Shown: positions 48,790-59,580, counted from the stretch's first letter. The stretch: 64,000 nucleotides of DNA from Verrucomicrobiaceae bacterium (GCA_051252135.1 JBPOGH010000014.1:32001-96000); one strand, 5' to 3'. The notes: generated from the letters alone by a model not told the origin. Translations and numbers: made by a program.

Positions 48790-50286
48790 ATGATTGCTAA
48801 TCTCGGAGACTCCGAATGGACCTATGGTCACGCAGCCCATTTGGCCAGCCGCTGCATTATCGGGGCCTCAAGAGACGAAATCTCCGCCCTGTTTGATCTC
48901 GGCAGAACCAGCGGAGTTGAAGCGGCCGTTGATTCCTTGGTAGCAAAACCTGACGACTGGGATGACTTCCCGTTCCCCGATTGGTGGGATGGTCAGGATG
49001 TCTCCTCCGGAGGCCCCACCGGTTCCATCACCGAATCAGGAAACCTCTTGGTCTCATGGTATTTGAATCAGCTGCTGAATGCCAATCCGTTAGGAGCCAA
49101 GATGTTCAAGTTCTTCCTCGATCATGCTCCCATCGACGAAAGGAACTTCTTACATCAAAACAAGTGGATCTACTTTTTTCAGTATTTTGATATCTGCCGG
49201 AAGCACTCGCTGGGTAACTTTAAGCAATTAGTCTCCGATGTCTCGTGGAGTGGAGGAATGATTTGGATGCTGAATTTAAACAGCAACTTAAACACCAATC
49301 TCAACGAAAACTTCGGACGGGAACTCCTCGAACTGTTCACCCTCGGCGTGGGAGGTGGATATACCGAAAAGGATGTTCAAAACGTCTCTCGGGCCTTCAC
49401 TGGCAGACAAACCCGCACCAGCCACCCGGCTGATCACCCCTACACCCCGTTCCTTGCAGACAACTATGTCGATATTGACGAGCTGGAAGTACTCGGAAAA
49501 ACCTTCCCTAAGCTCTCCCGGATTCCCGGCTCGGTCCGCGAGCACGGACCCGCGGTTCTCGATCATATCTTCGAACAACCGGCTGCCGGCACCTACCTCA
49601 CCTGGAAGCTGTGGCGTTACTTCGTTGGCCCCAACCCACCCGAAGGGCTCATTGCCGAATTAGGTGCGCGCTTCCAAAACACCCACAACTTTGAACTCCG
49701 CCCGCTTCTAAAGGAAATCTTCATGTCTCGCGCATTCTATGCGGAAGAAAATCGCGGAAACCAGATCAAGGACGCCGCTGATTTCTTCATCTCCTGCATC
49801 AAGAAACTCCGCGTCTCCCTGCCCAGCCCAATGATCACTTACATCGCCACCGATCAATTGGGCTACAATCCCATGATTCCGCCCAACATCGCCGGTTGGC
49901 CTGAGCCGGAAGCCGGCGGCAACGCCTGGATCGGCCCGGAGAAGATTCTCGCACGCATCAATCTCCCTACCATGTGGCTTCAGAAGACCCTCGATTTTTT
50001 CCCCCAGTCCAATCTGGGAGGGAATCGGTCCCTGCGCAATGAAACGGCCCCAACGGATTTCGATCTCGATAAACTCGTGCCCGCCCATCTTCGCAACCCT
50101 CGCGACTTCAACTTGCTGATCGATGAGCTAAACGATCACTTTCTCCCGTTCCACCCGCTGTCCAAAACACAGCGAGATATCCTCACCGAAGCGTTCGCTA
50201 CCGACTATCGCCAGATCGATTACGACACTCAGATTTTGGAACTCATCAGAACATTCACCTCCCTTCCGGAATTTCAATTGCAATAG
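48790..50286 (+). CDS. DUF1800 family protein
   Basis: AAHLASR, NENFGRELLELFTLG...YTEKDV...RAFTG, KLWRYFV, PPNIAGW, C-terminal PEFQL. Confidence 0.88.
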   Translation: MIANLGDSEWTYGHAAHLASRCIIGASRDEISALFDLGRTSGVEAAVDSLVAKPDDWDDFPFPDWWDGQDVSSGGPTGSITESGNLLVSWYLNQLLNANPLGAKMFKFFLDHAPIDERNFLHQNKWIYFFQYFDICRKHSLGNFKQLVSDVSWSGGMIWMLNLNSNLNTNLNENFGRELLELFTLGVGGGYTEKDVQNVSRAFTGRQTRTSHPADHPYTPFLADNYVDIDELEVLGKTFPKLSRIPGSVREHGPAVLDHIFEQPAAGTYLTWKLWRYFVGPNPPEGLIAELGARFQNTHNFELRPLLKEIFMSRAFYAEENRGNQIKDAADFFISCIKKLRVSLPSPMITYIATDQLGYNPMIPPNIAGWPEPEAGGNAWIGPEKILARINLPTMWLQKTLDFFPQSNLGGNRSLRNETAPTDFDLDKLVPAHLRNPRDFNLLIDELNDHFLPFHPLSKTQRDILTEAFATDYRQIDYDTQILELIRTFTSLPEFQLQ

Positions 50287-50314
50287 CACCGTGAGAATCC
50301 GTCGGAAAAAAGAA

Positions 50315-51667
50315 ATGAACACCTACAGCAATCAGAAGAACGGCTACGATCGGCGAGTCTTCTTGAAGCAGGCCTTTTCTACCGGACTTGCGGGCACCGG
50401 AATTGGGAGTCTTCTGGGTCCGCTTGCAGAGGCCGCAGGAGACACTTCGGGAGCGGATGGCCCGATCTTCCTCCTCATCCACCAGGAGGGGGGGAACGAC
50501 TCTCTAAATACCGTCATCCCGCACTCGAGACCGGACAGCGACTCCTACTACCAATCACGACCCAATCTGGCGATCGCCCAAGGAGACACCCTCGAACTTC
50601 AGGATGGATTTGGCCTGCACCCTTCCCTCTCCTCTCTCAAGGGACTCTGGGACAATGGCGAACTCGCGATCATCAATGGAGTCGGTTACCAATCTCCAAA
50701 TTTGTCCCATTTTAGAAGCAACGATATCTGGGCAAGCTCCAATCGGGAGGGGAATTTTGGTAGCGGTTGGCTGGGACGGTATTTCGATCATGTTTGCGCC
50801 GAACAGGACTTCTTCGACCCACTCGTCGGTTTGGAAACAACCAACCGCTCCAGCCTCAATTTCCGGACCGCATCCGGCCAATCGGCGGTAACGATGAAGG
50901 ATAATTCGCGGTTTAGGTTTCATTCCGATGCAAACAATGCCCCCGCGTTCCCCCAACTCGACAACCATTTCTCCCGGGCTTTGGTGGAAAAATTGGATAG
51001 CCATTCCACCGTGTCGACAGACCCGGCCCTATCCTTTGCCAGACTCTCGATGAGGGCGGCTTATCAATCTTCCGATCAGATCGAGGACCTTATCCAAAGA
51101 ACACAGGCCACCTTTCCCGGAGACAATTTCCCGGACACCGTTCTGGGGAATGACCTCAGAAACATTGCCCAATACATTGCTGGCGGCTCGCAGACTTCTG
51201 TCTACTTCGCCACCCAAAGCGGCTACGATACGCACTCCAATCAGTTTTTCCGCAATGGCTCCGGAAAACCGCTCCTCGGAACCCACGCCGGCCTTCTCGG
51301 AAATTTCGACCTCGCTTTGGGTGCCTTCGCCGATGAAATGAAAAGGCAGGGGAAGTGGAACCGGGTCCTGGTCATGTCCTACAGTGAGTTTTCCCGCAAA
51401 GTGGTCGAAAACGGCAACGACGGAACCGATCATGGTGCCGCCGGCTCTTTGTTTGTTGCCGGAGGACTGGTTCAACCGGGAATGTATGGAAGCATGCCTT
51501 CCTTGCTGGAAGAAAATCTCATCTCAAACTACAGCATGGCCTCTACCACCGACTATCGTCAGGTCTATCGGACGATTCTCGAGAAGTTCATGAATCTCAG
51601 TCCGGAGGACGCGGCTTCGATTCTGCACATCGACACACAACAGCTCCCAACGCTCAACTTCTTGTGA
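50315..51667 (+). CDS. DUF1501 family protein with twin-arginine (Tat) signal
   Basis: DRRVFLKQA; GGNDSLNTVIP, GLHPSL, PNLSHFRS, GWLGR, GYDTH, SEFSR, ENGNDGTDHG, TTDYRQVY. Confidence 0.9.
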   Translation: MNTYSNQKNGYDRRVFLKQAFSTGLAGTGIGSLLGPLAEAAGDTSGADGPIFLLIHQEGGNDSLNTVIPHSRPDSDSYYQSRPNLAIAQGDTLELQDGFGLHPSLSSLKGLWDNGELAIINGVGYQSPNLSHFRSNDIWASSNREGNFGSGWLGRYFDHVCAEQDFFDPLVGLETTNRSSLNFRTASGQSAVTMKDNSRFRFHSDANNAPAFPQLDNHFSRALVEKLDSHSTVSTDPALSFARLSMRAAYQSSDQIEDLIQRTQATFPGDNFPDTVLGNDLRNIAQYIAGGSQTSVYFATQSGYDTHSNQFFRNGSGKPLLGTHAGLLGNFDLALGAFADEMKRQGKWNRVLVMSYSEFSRKVVENGNDGTDHGAAGSLFVAGGLVQPGMYGSMPSLLEENLISNYSMASTTDYRQVYRTILEKFMNLSPEDAASILHIDTQQLPTLNFL

Positions 51668-51669
51668 TC

Positions 51670-53613
51670 ATGAAGCGATCAATTCCCGCATTTGTTTTAG
51701 GTTCTTTCTTCCTCGTTTCCCATCCTGGAAAAGCCTTCCGAACCAAAATTGTCGCACTTCAAGGAGCCTCGATTCAAAACAATGAAGACTATGTTCTGGG
51801 ACCGTTGGGCGGAGCATCGGGAAACATCTTTGGCGACGTCTGCTTCCAGTCCAAAGTAAGTGTCGACGGAGTGACCAAGGACTCCATCCTCCGCGTGATG
51901 GGGAACCAGATGGAAATCATCGCCCTCCAGGGGCCCCTGTCCACCCCGTTTCGTGAGGAAACCCAGACCGTCTACGGAGCCCAATACAAGTCCTTCAAAA
52001 AACCCGCCATCGGACCATTGGGCCGGGTGGCCTTCGTCGCGTTTCTCGAGACGAACGCCATCAACGTCAGCACCGCCAACAATCTGGTCGTTGCCGCCAG
52101 CGGCACCCAACCCGGCGAAACCTGGGTCCTCGATCGGACCAACCGACAGGCTTCCATCACCGATTCTCAAGACGTCGACGGATCAAAACAGAGCCGGTTT
52201 GGTGACCTCTTCTTCACTCCGCAAGGATACCTCAACTTCCATTCACTCACCCGGCGCACCGACAGCGAAGGACAGCGCTTCTACCGAAATTCCCTGTTCC
52301 AGGTAACCGCCTTTCACACCCCGCAATACGACTTCCTCAGAAGCAATCACATCCTCCGTGGCGAGGAGTTCCTCGAATCGGATTACTCCTCCGCAACTCT
52401 CCGCAATGTCCAAATCTCCACGGACAGCACGTCCGATGGAAAACTCAGGGCAATCACTGCTGACGATTCGGGATATCACGTCCTGGAGGTTGGAGAACAA
52501 GGGAGTGTCGAATTTCTCACCTCCGGACAATCGCTTCCCGATTTCCCTCGGTTCTCCATTACCAAAATAAGAGGACTCACCCGAAACCCCGGATCACAGC
52601 CTCCCTTCTTGGTCACCGCCTCGGATGGCACCTCATCAGTCGAAGCAATCATCCGAAAAGGCCCCACTCCCGAAACTCCCGCCGAACTCATATCCATGGT
52701 TGGCCGGCCCGCGCCGGGCTCGTTTCCAAATGCCGTATTCTCGGGCTTCGAAGTGCCTGTCTCCGCCGAAAATAACGTGCTCGCCTTTGTCGCCAACGAA
52801 CAAGTGGGACCACAATCCTACCAATCGATTTGGCGCAAACTTTCCGAAGGCGTCGAACCCCGCGCCATTGCCCGGTCCGGAGAACAAGTCCCCGGATTCA
52901 CAACCGGAGTGACTTTCCGCTCTTTCGGTCGCCCCATGATCAATGCCTTGGGACAAGTCGTTTTTGCCGCCCGCCTCAATCATGGCTTCGGAATCACCAC
53001 TGAAAATGATTTCGCCTACTTTCTAGCAGAGCAGAACCTTCGAATCCGCAAGGTCGTCGGTGAAGGTGACCTCTTCTTCTTCGGCTTTCTCAAACCTCTC
53101 CCGGTTGCAGAAATCGAAGTCACCGACCTAACCGCGTCAGGAGAAATTCTCTTCACCTTGAAAGCAAGCGATGAGGCCTCAGCCATTATCAAGGTGACCA
53201 TTCCTCCCGTCGAACTTCTCCATTTTGATCAATGGGCCGAAGAACAGTTCCCCTCACCCTCCGATAGGCTTCGCCTTGCGGATCCTGATCAGGACGGAAT
53301 ATCCAATTTTTTGGAATATGCCTATGGAACCGACCCGAATGACGCCTCCTCCGCATCCGGGCACTCCGTCCTCCTCATGGAAAGTGATTCCCAAAGAACC
53401 CTCTCACTCGAGTTCAGCAAATTTTCCGGGGAATCCGATGTCAATTATCTCGTCGAGTTCTCAAGTGACCTGCTGAACTGGGAATCAGGAAATGACTTTT
53501 CCACCGAAATTCTCCTGGAGGAACCCGCACCCGGAAGACAACGGGTCCGAATCGAAGACCTGAACAAAGATGGCTCAGGCCTCCGTTTCGTTCGAATAAG
53601 AGTCTCTGAATAG
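51670..53613 (+). CDS. Secreted NxxGxxAF-type tandem-repeat protein with the shared C-terminal module
   Basis: Repeats NIFGDVCF, GPLGRVAF, ENNVLAF and NALGQVVF; DPDQDGISNFLEYAYGTDP; YLVEFSSDLLNW...RFVRIRV. Confidence 0.7.
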   Translation: MKRSIPAFVLGSFFLVSHPGKAFRTKIVALQGASIQNNEDYVLGPLGGASGNIFGDVCFQSKVSVDGVTKDSILRVMGNQMEIIALQGPLSTPFREETQTVYGAQYKSFKKPAIGPLGRVAFVAFLETNAINVSTANNLVVAASGTQPGETWVLDRTNRQASITDSQDVDGSKQSRFGDLFFTPQGYLNFHSLTRRTDSEGQRFYRNSLFQVTAFHTPQYDFLRSNHILRGEEFLESDYSSATLRNVQISTDSTSDGKLRAITADDSGYHVLEVGEQGSVEFLTSGQSLPDFPRFSITKIRGLTRNPGSQPPFLVTASDGTSSVEAIIRKGPTPETPAELISMVGRPAPGSFPNAVFSGFEVPVSAENNVLAFVANEQVGPQSYQSIWRKLSEGVEPRAIARSGEQVPGFTTGVTFRSFGRPMINALGQVVFAARLNHGFGITTENDFAYFLAEQNLRIRKVVGEGDLFFFGFLKPLPVAEIEVTDLTASGEILFTLKASDEASAIIKVTIPPVELLHFDQWAEEQFPSPSDRLRLADPDQDGISNFLEYAYGTDPNDASSASGHSVLLMESDSQRTLSLEFSKFSGESDVNYLVEFSSDLLNWESGNDFSTEILLEEPAPGRQRVRIEDLNKDGSGLRFVRIRVSE

Positions 53614-53796
53614 GGCCCCCTCTCCGGCACTCATCTAAACTTCTTCGAATCTGGCTCGGGCAAGTCGATTCGATTCCTGCCCTACTGGTTTACGAAAATA
53701 ACTCGAACTACAAACCATAGTGCCCTAAATAGTACAACGACCCTCGGCTGACTTCCTTCCAATTGATGGAAATAGTCATCGAACAAAAATCTCATT

Positions 53797-56232
53797 ATGA
53801 AAATCACTTCTTACACACGGGGGCTTCTTGTTGCCTCCGGGCTCATTTTCGCCCCTTGCGTCACACAAGCACAAGAGCTCGTCAGCGGCTTGCTCAACTA
53901 CTGGAACTTCGAAAACAACGCCGAAGATACCGCATCAGACTTCCCTGGCTCAACCGGTGCCACAGATGATGACGGGACAATCAACGGCACCGTCACTTTC
54001 GTCACCGGACAAGCCGCCGGATTCGGACAAGCGGGAAGCTTTCCCGGTGGTGCCGGTAACAACATCACCGTGGCCGACCCTGACGAGACCACAAACGACA
54101 TCGACCGAACCGGAGCCGATCTCTCCATTTCCCTCTGGGCACAACTCACCAATCGCGACAACAGCTGGCAGGCTCTTGTCGCTCATGGTGAAGGAACCGA
54201 CTACCGGATCGCTCTACGTAGTAATATCGACCCCGTCCAAGTCGCCTACGCGGGAGGAACCGGAGACATTTTCAGCACCAGCACCATTGGTGATGGACCT
54301 GCCGGTGATGGAACCTGGCACCATATCGTCGCCGTCACCGCCGGAACCGAAACCCACCTCTATATCGATGGCGTTCTCGAGGCCTCCGGAACCGCAGCCA
54401 CCATCGGAGTCAGTTCCACCAATGCGAACCTTCTCTGCATCGGCTGCAATCCCGACCGGGGTCGCGAATGGAATGGCCTGATCGATGACGTGGCCATGTG
54501 GGATCGCCCCCTTACCGCCGGCGAGGTCACTTTCATCTATAATACCGGAGTCGCCGGAAATGACCTCTCCTCCATTCTCTCGTCTGATGACGACGATCAG
54601 GACGGACTCACAAATTCCTGGGAAATCCAATTTGGCCTGGATCCTAATGATGATGGATCGATCGATCCCAATAATGGTGCCGCCGGTGATCCGGACATGG
54701 ATGGTGTTTCCAACATCGATGAACAAACCAACCAAACGTTCCCAAATAATGCAGACTCCGATGACGACAACCTTAGCGACAAAGTCGAGACAAACACCGG
54801 CGTTTGGGTAAGCGCATCGGATACCGGAACCAACCCACGTGACGTGGATTCTGATGATGACACCCTAAACGACGGCATCGAAGACAACGGCGGCGTTTTT
54901 GTTAGCGCTACTCAAACCGGCAGCAATCCAAACTTGGCGGACACCGACTCCGACACCATGCCGGACAACTACGAGGTCACCAACTCACTTGACCCTAGCG
55001 CCGACGACAGCCTTCTCGACCCCGATCTCGATACCCTCGATAACATCACCGAATTCGGACTCGGCACCAACCCTCAGCTGGCAGACACCGACGCGGATTT
55101 GTTGAATGACAATGTTGAAACGAACACAGGCACATGGGTAAGCCCCACCAACACCGGCACGGACCCGCTGAATCCTGACTCCGATAATGACACCCTGCTC
55201 GACGGCCATGAGACCAACAACGGAGCCATGAGCTACGTCTCACCCACCGACACAGGCACCAACCCGAATCTTCTTGATACCGATCTCGATGGATTCAATG
55301 ACGACTCCGAAATCATCCTTGGCACCGACCCTACCGACGGCGCCGACACCCCCTCAACAGGGGGCCTGCCAATAATCGATGACTTCGAGGACAACGATCT
55401 GAACCTGACCAACTGGAACGTCGTTGCCGGCACCATCTCGCAGAACGCAACCGGCACTGTTACAGGTGGCACCATCACTGAAACCGGGGGGAACCTCGAA
55501 ATCGGCAGCCGGGGTTACCTGGTCACCAGGGCGGAATTCGACCCCGAACTGGTCGGTGGCATCGAAATCAATGGCGAGCTCACCTTCCTTTCCGGAGATG
55601 ACCTCTTCAGCATCACCACAAGAAGCGACGCGATTCCTCTCGCCCGTTACGGCGAAGCAACCAGTGGTATCCAATTCACCATTAGCCAACTCCGTGATGA
55701 AATCCTCATCACTTCCAGAGATGGCAATCTGGTCATCGAGAATTCTCTCGCTACCGGCACAATAGACTTCGTTGCCAACGTCCCTTACCTCTTCACCGTG
55801 ATCGATGATGGCCAGGGAAGCCTCTCCATGGTTGTTACCGAAAAAGATGTCCCGGAAAACACCATCAGCATCACCGCTGATCTCACCTCGGACACTTCGG
55901 ACTCCAACTTCGTTGTTTTCTACAACCGGGAGAATGGCAGAACCTCCAGCCTTCAGGAGGTTTCCATCAAATCAGCCACCACCAACGTGCAGGCCGAGAT
56001 CACCGACATCAGCTTCGATCCATCAACCGGAGAGAATGGCACCTTTAGCATCACCTGGCGTTCCAGTCTAAATGCCAAATACGCCCTCTTCTTCTCGACC
56101 GATCTCGAAAACTGGGACTTCGAGCTCAACGATGATATCGACGGATTGGAAGGAACAACCACCGAGACGTTCCCAAATCCAGCCCCTGAAGAGGACTCAC
56201 TCTTCTTCCGCATCGAGCCACCTCGCCAATAG
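53797..56232 (+). CDS. Secreted LamG-like jellyroll + TSP3-like Ca-binding repeat protein with the shared C-terminal module
   Basis: GLLNYWNFE, WHHIVAV, LYIDG, GLIDDVAMWDRPLT (LamG); many DxDxDxxxDxxE...GTNP repeats at about 54586-55350. Confidence 0.85.
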   Translation: MKITSYTRGLLVASGLIFAPCVTQAQELVSGLLNYWNFENNAEDTASDFPGSTGATDDDGTINGTVTFVTGQAAGFGQAGSFPGGAGNNITVADPDETTNDIDRTGADLSISLWAQLTNRDNSWQALVAHGEGTDYRIALRSNIDPVQVAYAGGTGDIFSTSTIGDGPAGDGTWHHIVAVTAGTETHLYIDGVLEASGTAATIGVSSTNANLLCIGCNPDRGREWNGLIDDVAMWDRPLTAGEVTFIYNTGVAGNDLSSILSSDDDDQDGLTNSWEIQFGLDPNDDGSIDPNNGAAGDPDMDGVSNIDEQTNQTFPNNADSDDDNLSDKVETNTGVWVSASDTGTNPRDVDSDDDTLNDGIEDNGGVFVSATQTGSNPNLADTDSDTMPDNYEVTNSLDPSADDSLLDPDLDTLDNITEFGLGTNPQLADTDADLLNDNVETNTGTWVSPTNTGTDPLNPDSDNDTLLDGHETNNGAMSYVSPTDTGTNPNLLDTDLDGFNDDSEIILGTDPTDGADTPSTGGLPIIDDFEDNDLNLTNWNVVAGTISQNATGTVTGGTITETGGNLEIGSRGYLVTRAEFDPELVGGIEINGELTFLSGDDLFSITTRSDAIPLARYGEATSGIQFTISQLRDEILITSRDGNLVIENSLATGTIDFVANVPYLFTVIDDGQGSLSMVVTEKDVPENTISITADLTSDTSDSNFVVFYNRENGRTSSLQEVSIKSATTNVQAEITDISFDPSTGENGTFSITWRSSLNAKYALFFSTDLENWDFELNDDIDGLEGTTTETFPNPAPEEDSLFFRIEPPRQ

Positions 56233-56253
56233 GAAGTAAATCCTTCAGCCCTC

Positions 56254-56284
56254 AAAGCGGCGGTAGCAATACCGGCGCTTTTTT
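56254..56284 (+). terminator. Rho-independent terminator
   Basis: AAAGCG-G-CGGTA-GCAA-TACCG-G-CGCTTT followed by further T; GNRA tetraloop. Confidence 0.7.
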
Positions 56285-56376
56285 GTGCCTCCAAACTCAA
56301 TGCTCCTCCCACCCCAATTCCCGGTTTATAGTGTGGGCTTCAGCCAAACGCAATTCCCCGATAGACTCCCTACCTG

Positions 56377-57576
56377 ATGCCCGAATCACTCTCCATTCAA
56401 CAAGCCAGAAAACTCGTCTTGTCGGCACAGAGAGCCCTCCCCGCAAAACAATCCGGCTCCGCAACCACCGCCACCCTCTCCGCCATTGAACACCTTGGCT
56501 ACATTCAGATCGATGCCATCTCCGTCATCCAACGCGCCCACCACCACACCCTCTGGAATCGCAACCCTCGTTACCAAAGCTCCCAGCTCGATCAGCTCCT
56601 CTCCGATAAAAAGGTCTTCGAATATTGGTCCCACGCAGCCGCCTATCTCCCAATGCGGGACTACCGCTTCAGCCTCCCCCGCAAACAAGCCTTCCTAACC
56701 GGAAAGCAAGATCACTGGTATGACCGCGACGATCGCATGATCAAATACGTCCTCGAGCGCATCACCAGCGAAGGCCCGCTCATGGCGAAAGATTTCGAAC
56801 ACACCGGAAAAAAGATCGGGGATTGGAAAGCAAAACCCGCCAAACGCGCCCTCGAATACCTCTTCATGCAGGGCGACCTCATGGTCCCGCATCGCACCAA
56901 CTTCCACAAAGTCTACGACCTCCCCGAAAGAGTCCTCCCTCAAAACATCAACCTCACTCCTCCCACCCCGGAGGAACACATCCGCCACCTCATCACCAGC
57001 TACCTCAGAGCCAACGGATTGGGCCGGGCCGCCGAGATTTCCTATCTCTTAAAAGGAATCAAAAAGCACGTCACCGCCACGCTCAACGAGATGACCTCGA
57101 GCGGAGAATTGCACCAAATCCAGATCGCCAACCAACCCTACTTCGCCCTCCCCGAATCCCTCGATCTCCTCCAAAAACCACTCCCCCGCAACAAGCTCAA
57201 AATCCTCTCCCCCTTCGACAACCTCCTCATCCAGCGCAAACGCATGAAGGCCCTCTTCGGATTCGACTACCTCATCGAGTGCTACCTCCCCGAAGCAAAA
57301 CGCCGCTACGGCTACTTCTCCCTCCCCATCCTCTGGAACGGCAACCTGGTCGCCCGAATCGATTGCAAAACCGATCGGACCCAATCAACCCTCCACATCC
57401 ACTACCTCGCCCTCGAACCCCACACCCCGGTCGACGACTCCTTCTTCCCCGCGCTCCAAAAGGAACTCAAATCCTTCCTCAAATTCAACCAATGCACTCA
57501 CCTCAAAGTGCACCAGACTTCCCCAACGTCTGTTAAAGAAGAAATGGAAAAAGCCCTCACCGACCTGATCAAGTAA
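56377..57576 (+). CDS. ycaQ: YcaQ-like (HTH_42) crosslink-repair DNA glycosylase
   Basis: LGYIQIDAISVIQRAHH (QxD motif), FEYWSHAA, KVYDLPERV, ILSPFDNL, YLIECYLPEAKRRYGYF. Confidence 0.85.
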   Translation: MPESLSIQQARKLVLSAQRALPAKQSGSATTATLSAIEHLGYIQIDAISVIQRAHHHTLWNRNPRYQSSQLDQLLSDKKVFEYWSHAAAYLPMRDYRFSLPRKQAFLTGKQDHWYDRDDRMIKYVLERITSEGPLMAKDFEHTGKKIGDWKAKPAKRALEYLFMQGDLMVPHRTNFHKVYDLPERVLPQNINLTPPTPEEHIRHLITSYLRANGLGRAAEISYLLKGIKKHVTATLNEMTSSGELHQIQIANQPYFALPESLDLLQKPLPRNKLKILSPFDNLLIQRKRMKALFGFDYLIECYLPEAKRRYGYFSLPILWNGNLVARIDCKTDRTQSTLHIHYLALEPHTPVDDSFFPALQKELKSFLKFNQCTHLKVHQTSPTSVKEEMEKALTDLIK

Positions 57577-57667
57577 AGCCGCTGAGCGGATCCACGGAAT
57601 CTCCTTCCCATTAAAATCTTTGCCTCGTTGCCACGTAACGGTTCAAACTCACCTCACCACTTCCTCG

Positions 57668-59557
57668 ATGTTCAAAGCTCTACTCACCCTCCTCCTCGTC
57701 GCCCCCTCTCTCCTTTGGGCAGCCCCCGGGGTCCATGTCACCATCCACCTCGACACCACCCACGAGGTCGGCGGAATCTCTCAGTTCGATCGAAAAAAAT
57801 TCATCACCATCCACTCGAACCACACCGAGAACGACTGGCAGGGAATCGAAGACAAAAAGAAATACCTCATTCAAGACCTCGACACTTACTTCGGCCGCGA
57901 GACCGGAGCCATCTCCCACCAACTCCGCCTCCTCCGCCAGGACCCCGACCACCCCGGCCACGTCGAGTTCGCCGACATGAAACGCCGCGCCGACTACGAG
58001 CGAAAAAAATACGCCAAGCGCACCGACCTCCACGGCTACGAACAATACAACGACCTCATCGTCGCCGCCCAAGTCGAACCCTTCTGGCCCGGCTCTGCCA
58101 AAATCCAACCCCAGGACGGCTCCCCGCCCTGGTCCCTCCTCAACCCCGCCGCCACCGCGCAATACATGGTCTACTGGCTCAACATGTACACCGGCGGGAA
58201 CGGCCCCTCCCGCCCCCGCTTCATGGAAATCATGAACGAGCCCCTCTACGAGCTCGCCGTCTCCCACCCGGACGTCACCCCCCAACAAGTCTTCGACTAC
58301 CACAAGGACGTCGCCACCAACATCCGCGCCCTCAACAAAGACATCCTCATCGGCGGCTACACCACCGCCTTCCCGGACCTCGACAAAGACAACTTCCAGC
58401 GCTGGCACCAACGATGGAAATCCTTCATCGACACCGCCGGCGCCGAGATGGATTTCTACTCCCTCCACCTCTACGACTTCCCCGGCATCCACCACGGGAA
58501 AAAACAATACCGCAAAGGCTGCAACCTCGAAGCCACCTTCGACCTCATCGACCACTACTCCCACCTCAAGATCGGAACCACCAAACCCTTCGTCATCTCC
58601 GAATACGGCTCCCAGCTTCACGACTGGTTCGACGAACCCTGGTCCCCCTACCGCGACTGGCTCTGCCTCAAGGCCATCAACTCCATGCTCATGCAGTTCG
58701 CCGCCAAGCCCGACCGCATCCTCAAAACCATCCCCTTCATCACCGCCAAAGCCGAATGGGGCCACAACTACACCGGCCACAACCACCCCTACCCCTGGCG
58801 ACTCCTCCGCCGCGCCGATGAACCCGCCGCCAACACCGGCGACTGGGTCTTCACCGACCAAATCAAATTCTACGAACTCTGGGCCGGCGTCCAGGGCACC
58901 CGCCGCCTCACCCACTCCTCCGACCCCAACCTCCTCGTCCACTCCTTCCTCGAGGGCAACAAACTCTCCCTCGTCCTCAACAACCTCTCCCTCGAACCCA
59001 AAACCATCACCCTCAAATTCCCCGACACCCCGATCAAAAACAACATCTCCAAACACCTCTACCTCTACGAGAACAAACCCCGCCTCGACTGGCTCGAACT
59101 CCCCGGCTCCACCAAAACCGTCACCCTCGGCGCCGAAGCCACCCGCGTCCTCCACCTCACCCTCGACACCCCAAAGCCCGCCACCCAAACCGCCCGCGAA
59201 CAAACCACCTACGCCAACACCTACCTCCAAAGCATCGAAGCCAACAAACCCCTCACCTTCCAAATCGCTTCACCCGAAATTCAAAAAGGAAACGCCACCC
59301 TCCGCCTCGGCCTCGGCCGGCCCCACGGCCTCTCCCTCCAACCCACCCTCCTCCTCAACGGCCAAAAAATCAACGTCCCGCCACCCTCCATCACCGCCAA
59401 AGGCCAAGCCCAAACCGACCGCCCCAACTTCTTCGGCGTCCTCAAAATCCCCCTCCCCATCGAGCACCTCAAACCTCAAAACGAAATCCAAATCACCTTC
59501 CCCGACCCAAGCGGACACCTCTCCAGCCTCACCCTCCAAACCCTCGTCATCCAATAA
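57668..59557 (+). CDS. GH86 family beta-agarase/porphyranase
   Basis: HEVGGISQFDRKKFITIH, YFGRETG, EIMNEP (acid/base), MDFYSLHLYD, PFVISEYG (nucleophile), C-terminal RLGLGRPHG...FFGVLKIP. Start at the ATG at 57668. Confidence 0.82.
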   Translation: MFKALLTLLLVAPSLLWAAPGVHVTIHLDTTHEVGGISQFDRKKFITIHSNHTENDWQGIEDKKKYLIQDLDTYFGRETGAISHQLRLLRQDPDHPGHVEFADMKRRADYERKKYAKRTDLHGYEQYNDLIVAAQVEPFWPGSAKIQPQDGSPPWSLLNPAATAQYMVYWLNMYTGGNGPSRPRFMEIMNEPLYELAVSHPDVTPQQVFDYHKDVATNIRALNKDILIGGYTTAFPDLDKDNFQRWHQRWKSFIDTAGAEMDFYSLHLYDFPGIHHGKKQYRKGCNLEATFDLIDHYSHLKIGTTKPFVISEYGSQLHDWFDEPWSPYRDWLCLKAINSMLMQFAAKPDRILKTIPFITAKAEWGHNYTGHNHPYPWRLLRRADEPAANTGDWVFTDQIKFYELWAGVQGTRRLTHSSDPNLLVHSFLEGNKLSLVLNNLSLEPKTITLKFPDTPIKNNISKHLYLYENKPRLDWLELPGSTKTVTLGAEATRVLHLTLDTPKPATQTAREQTTYANTYLQSIEANKPLTFQIASPEIQKGNATLRLGLGRPHGLSLQPTLLLNGQKINVPPPSITAKGQAQTDRPNFFGVLKIPLPIEHLKPQNEIQITFPDPSGHLSSLTLQTLVIQ

Positions 59558-59580
59558 GGAGAGTGGGCGTCCCGCCCGCT
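59558..59580 (+). repeat. REP-like palindrome immediately after the GH86 stop
   Basis: GGAG-AGTGGGCG-TCC-CGCCCGCT hairpin with no U-tract. Confidence 0.45.

Noticed and set aside
13160..59263. Long antisense and alternate-frame ORFs (e.g. 13160-14524, 31149-32777, 38916-40430, 42063-43442, 57680-59263)
   Set aside because: Shadow ORFs from high GC and strong C skew: low-complexity Pro/Ser/Thr or Gly/Val/Glu translations overlapping well-supported genes.
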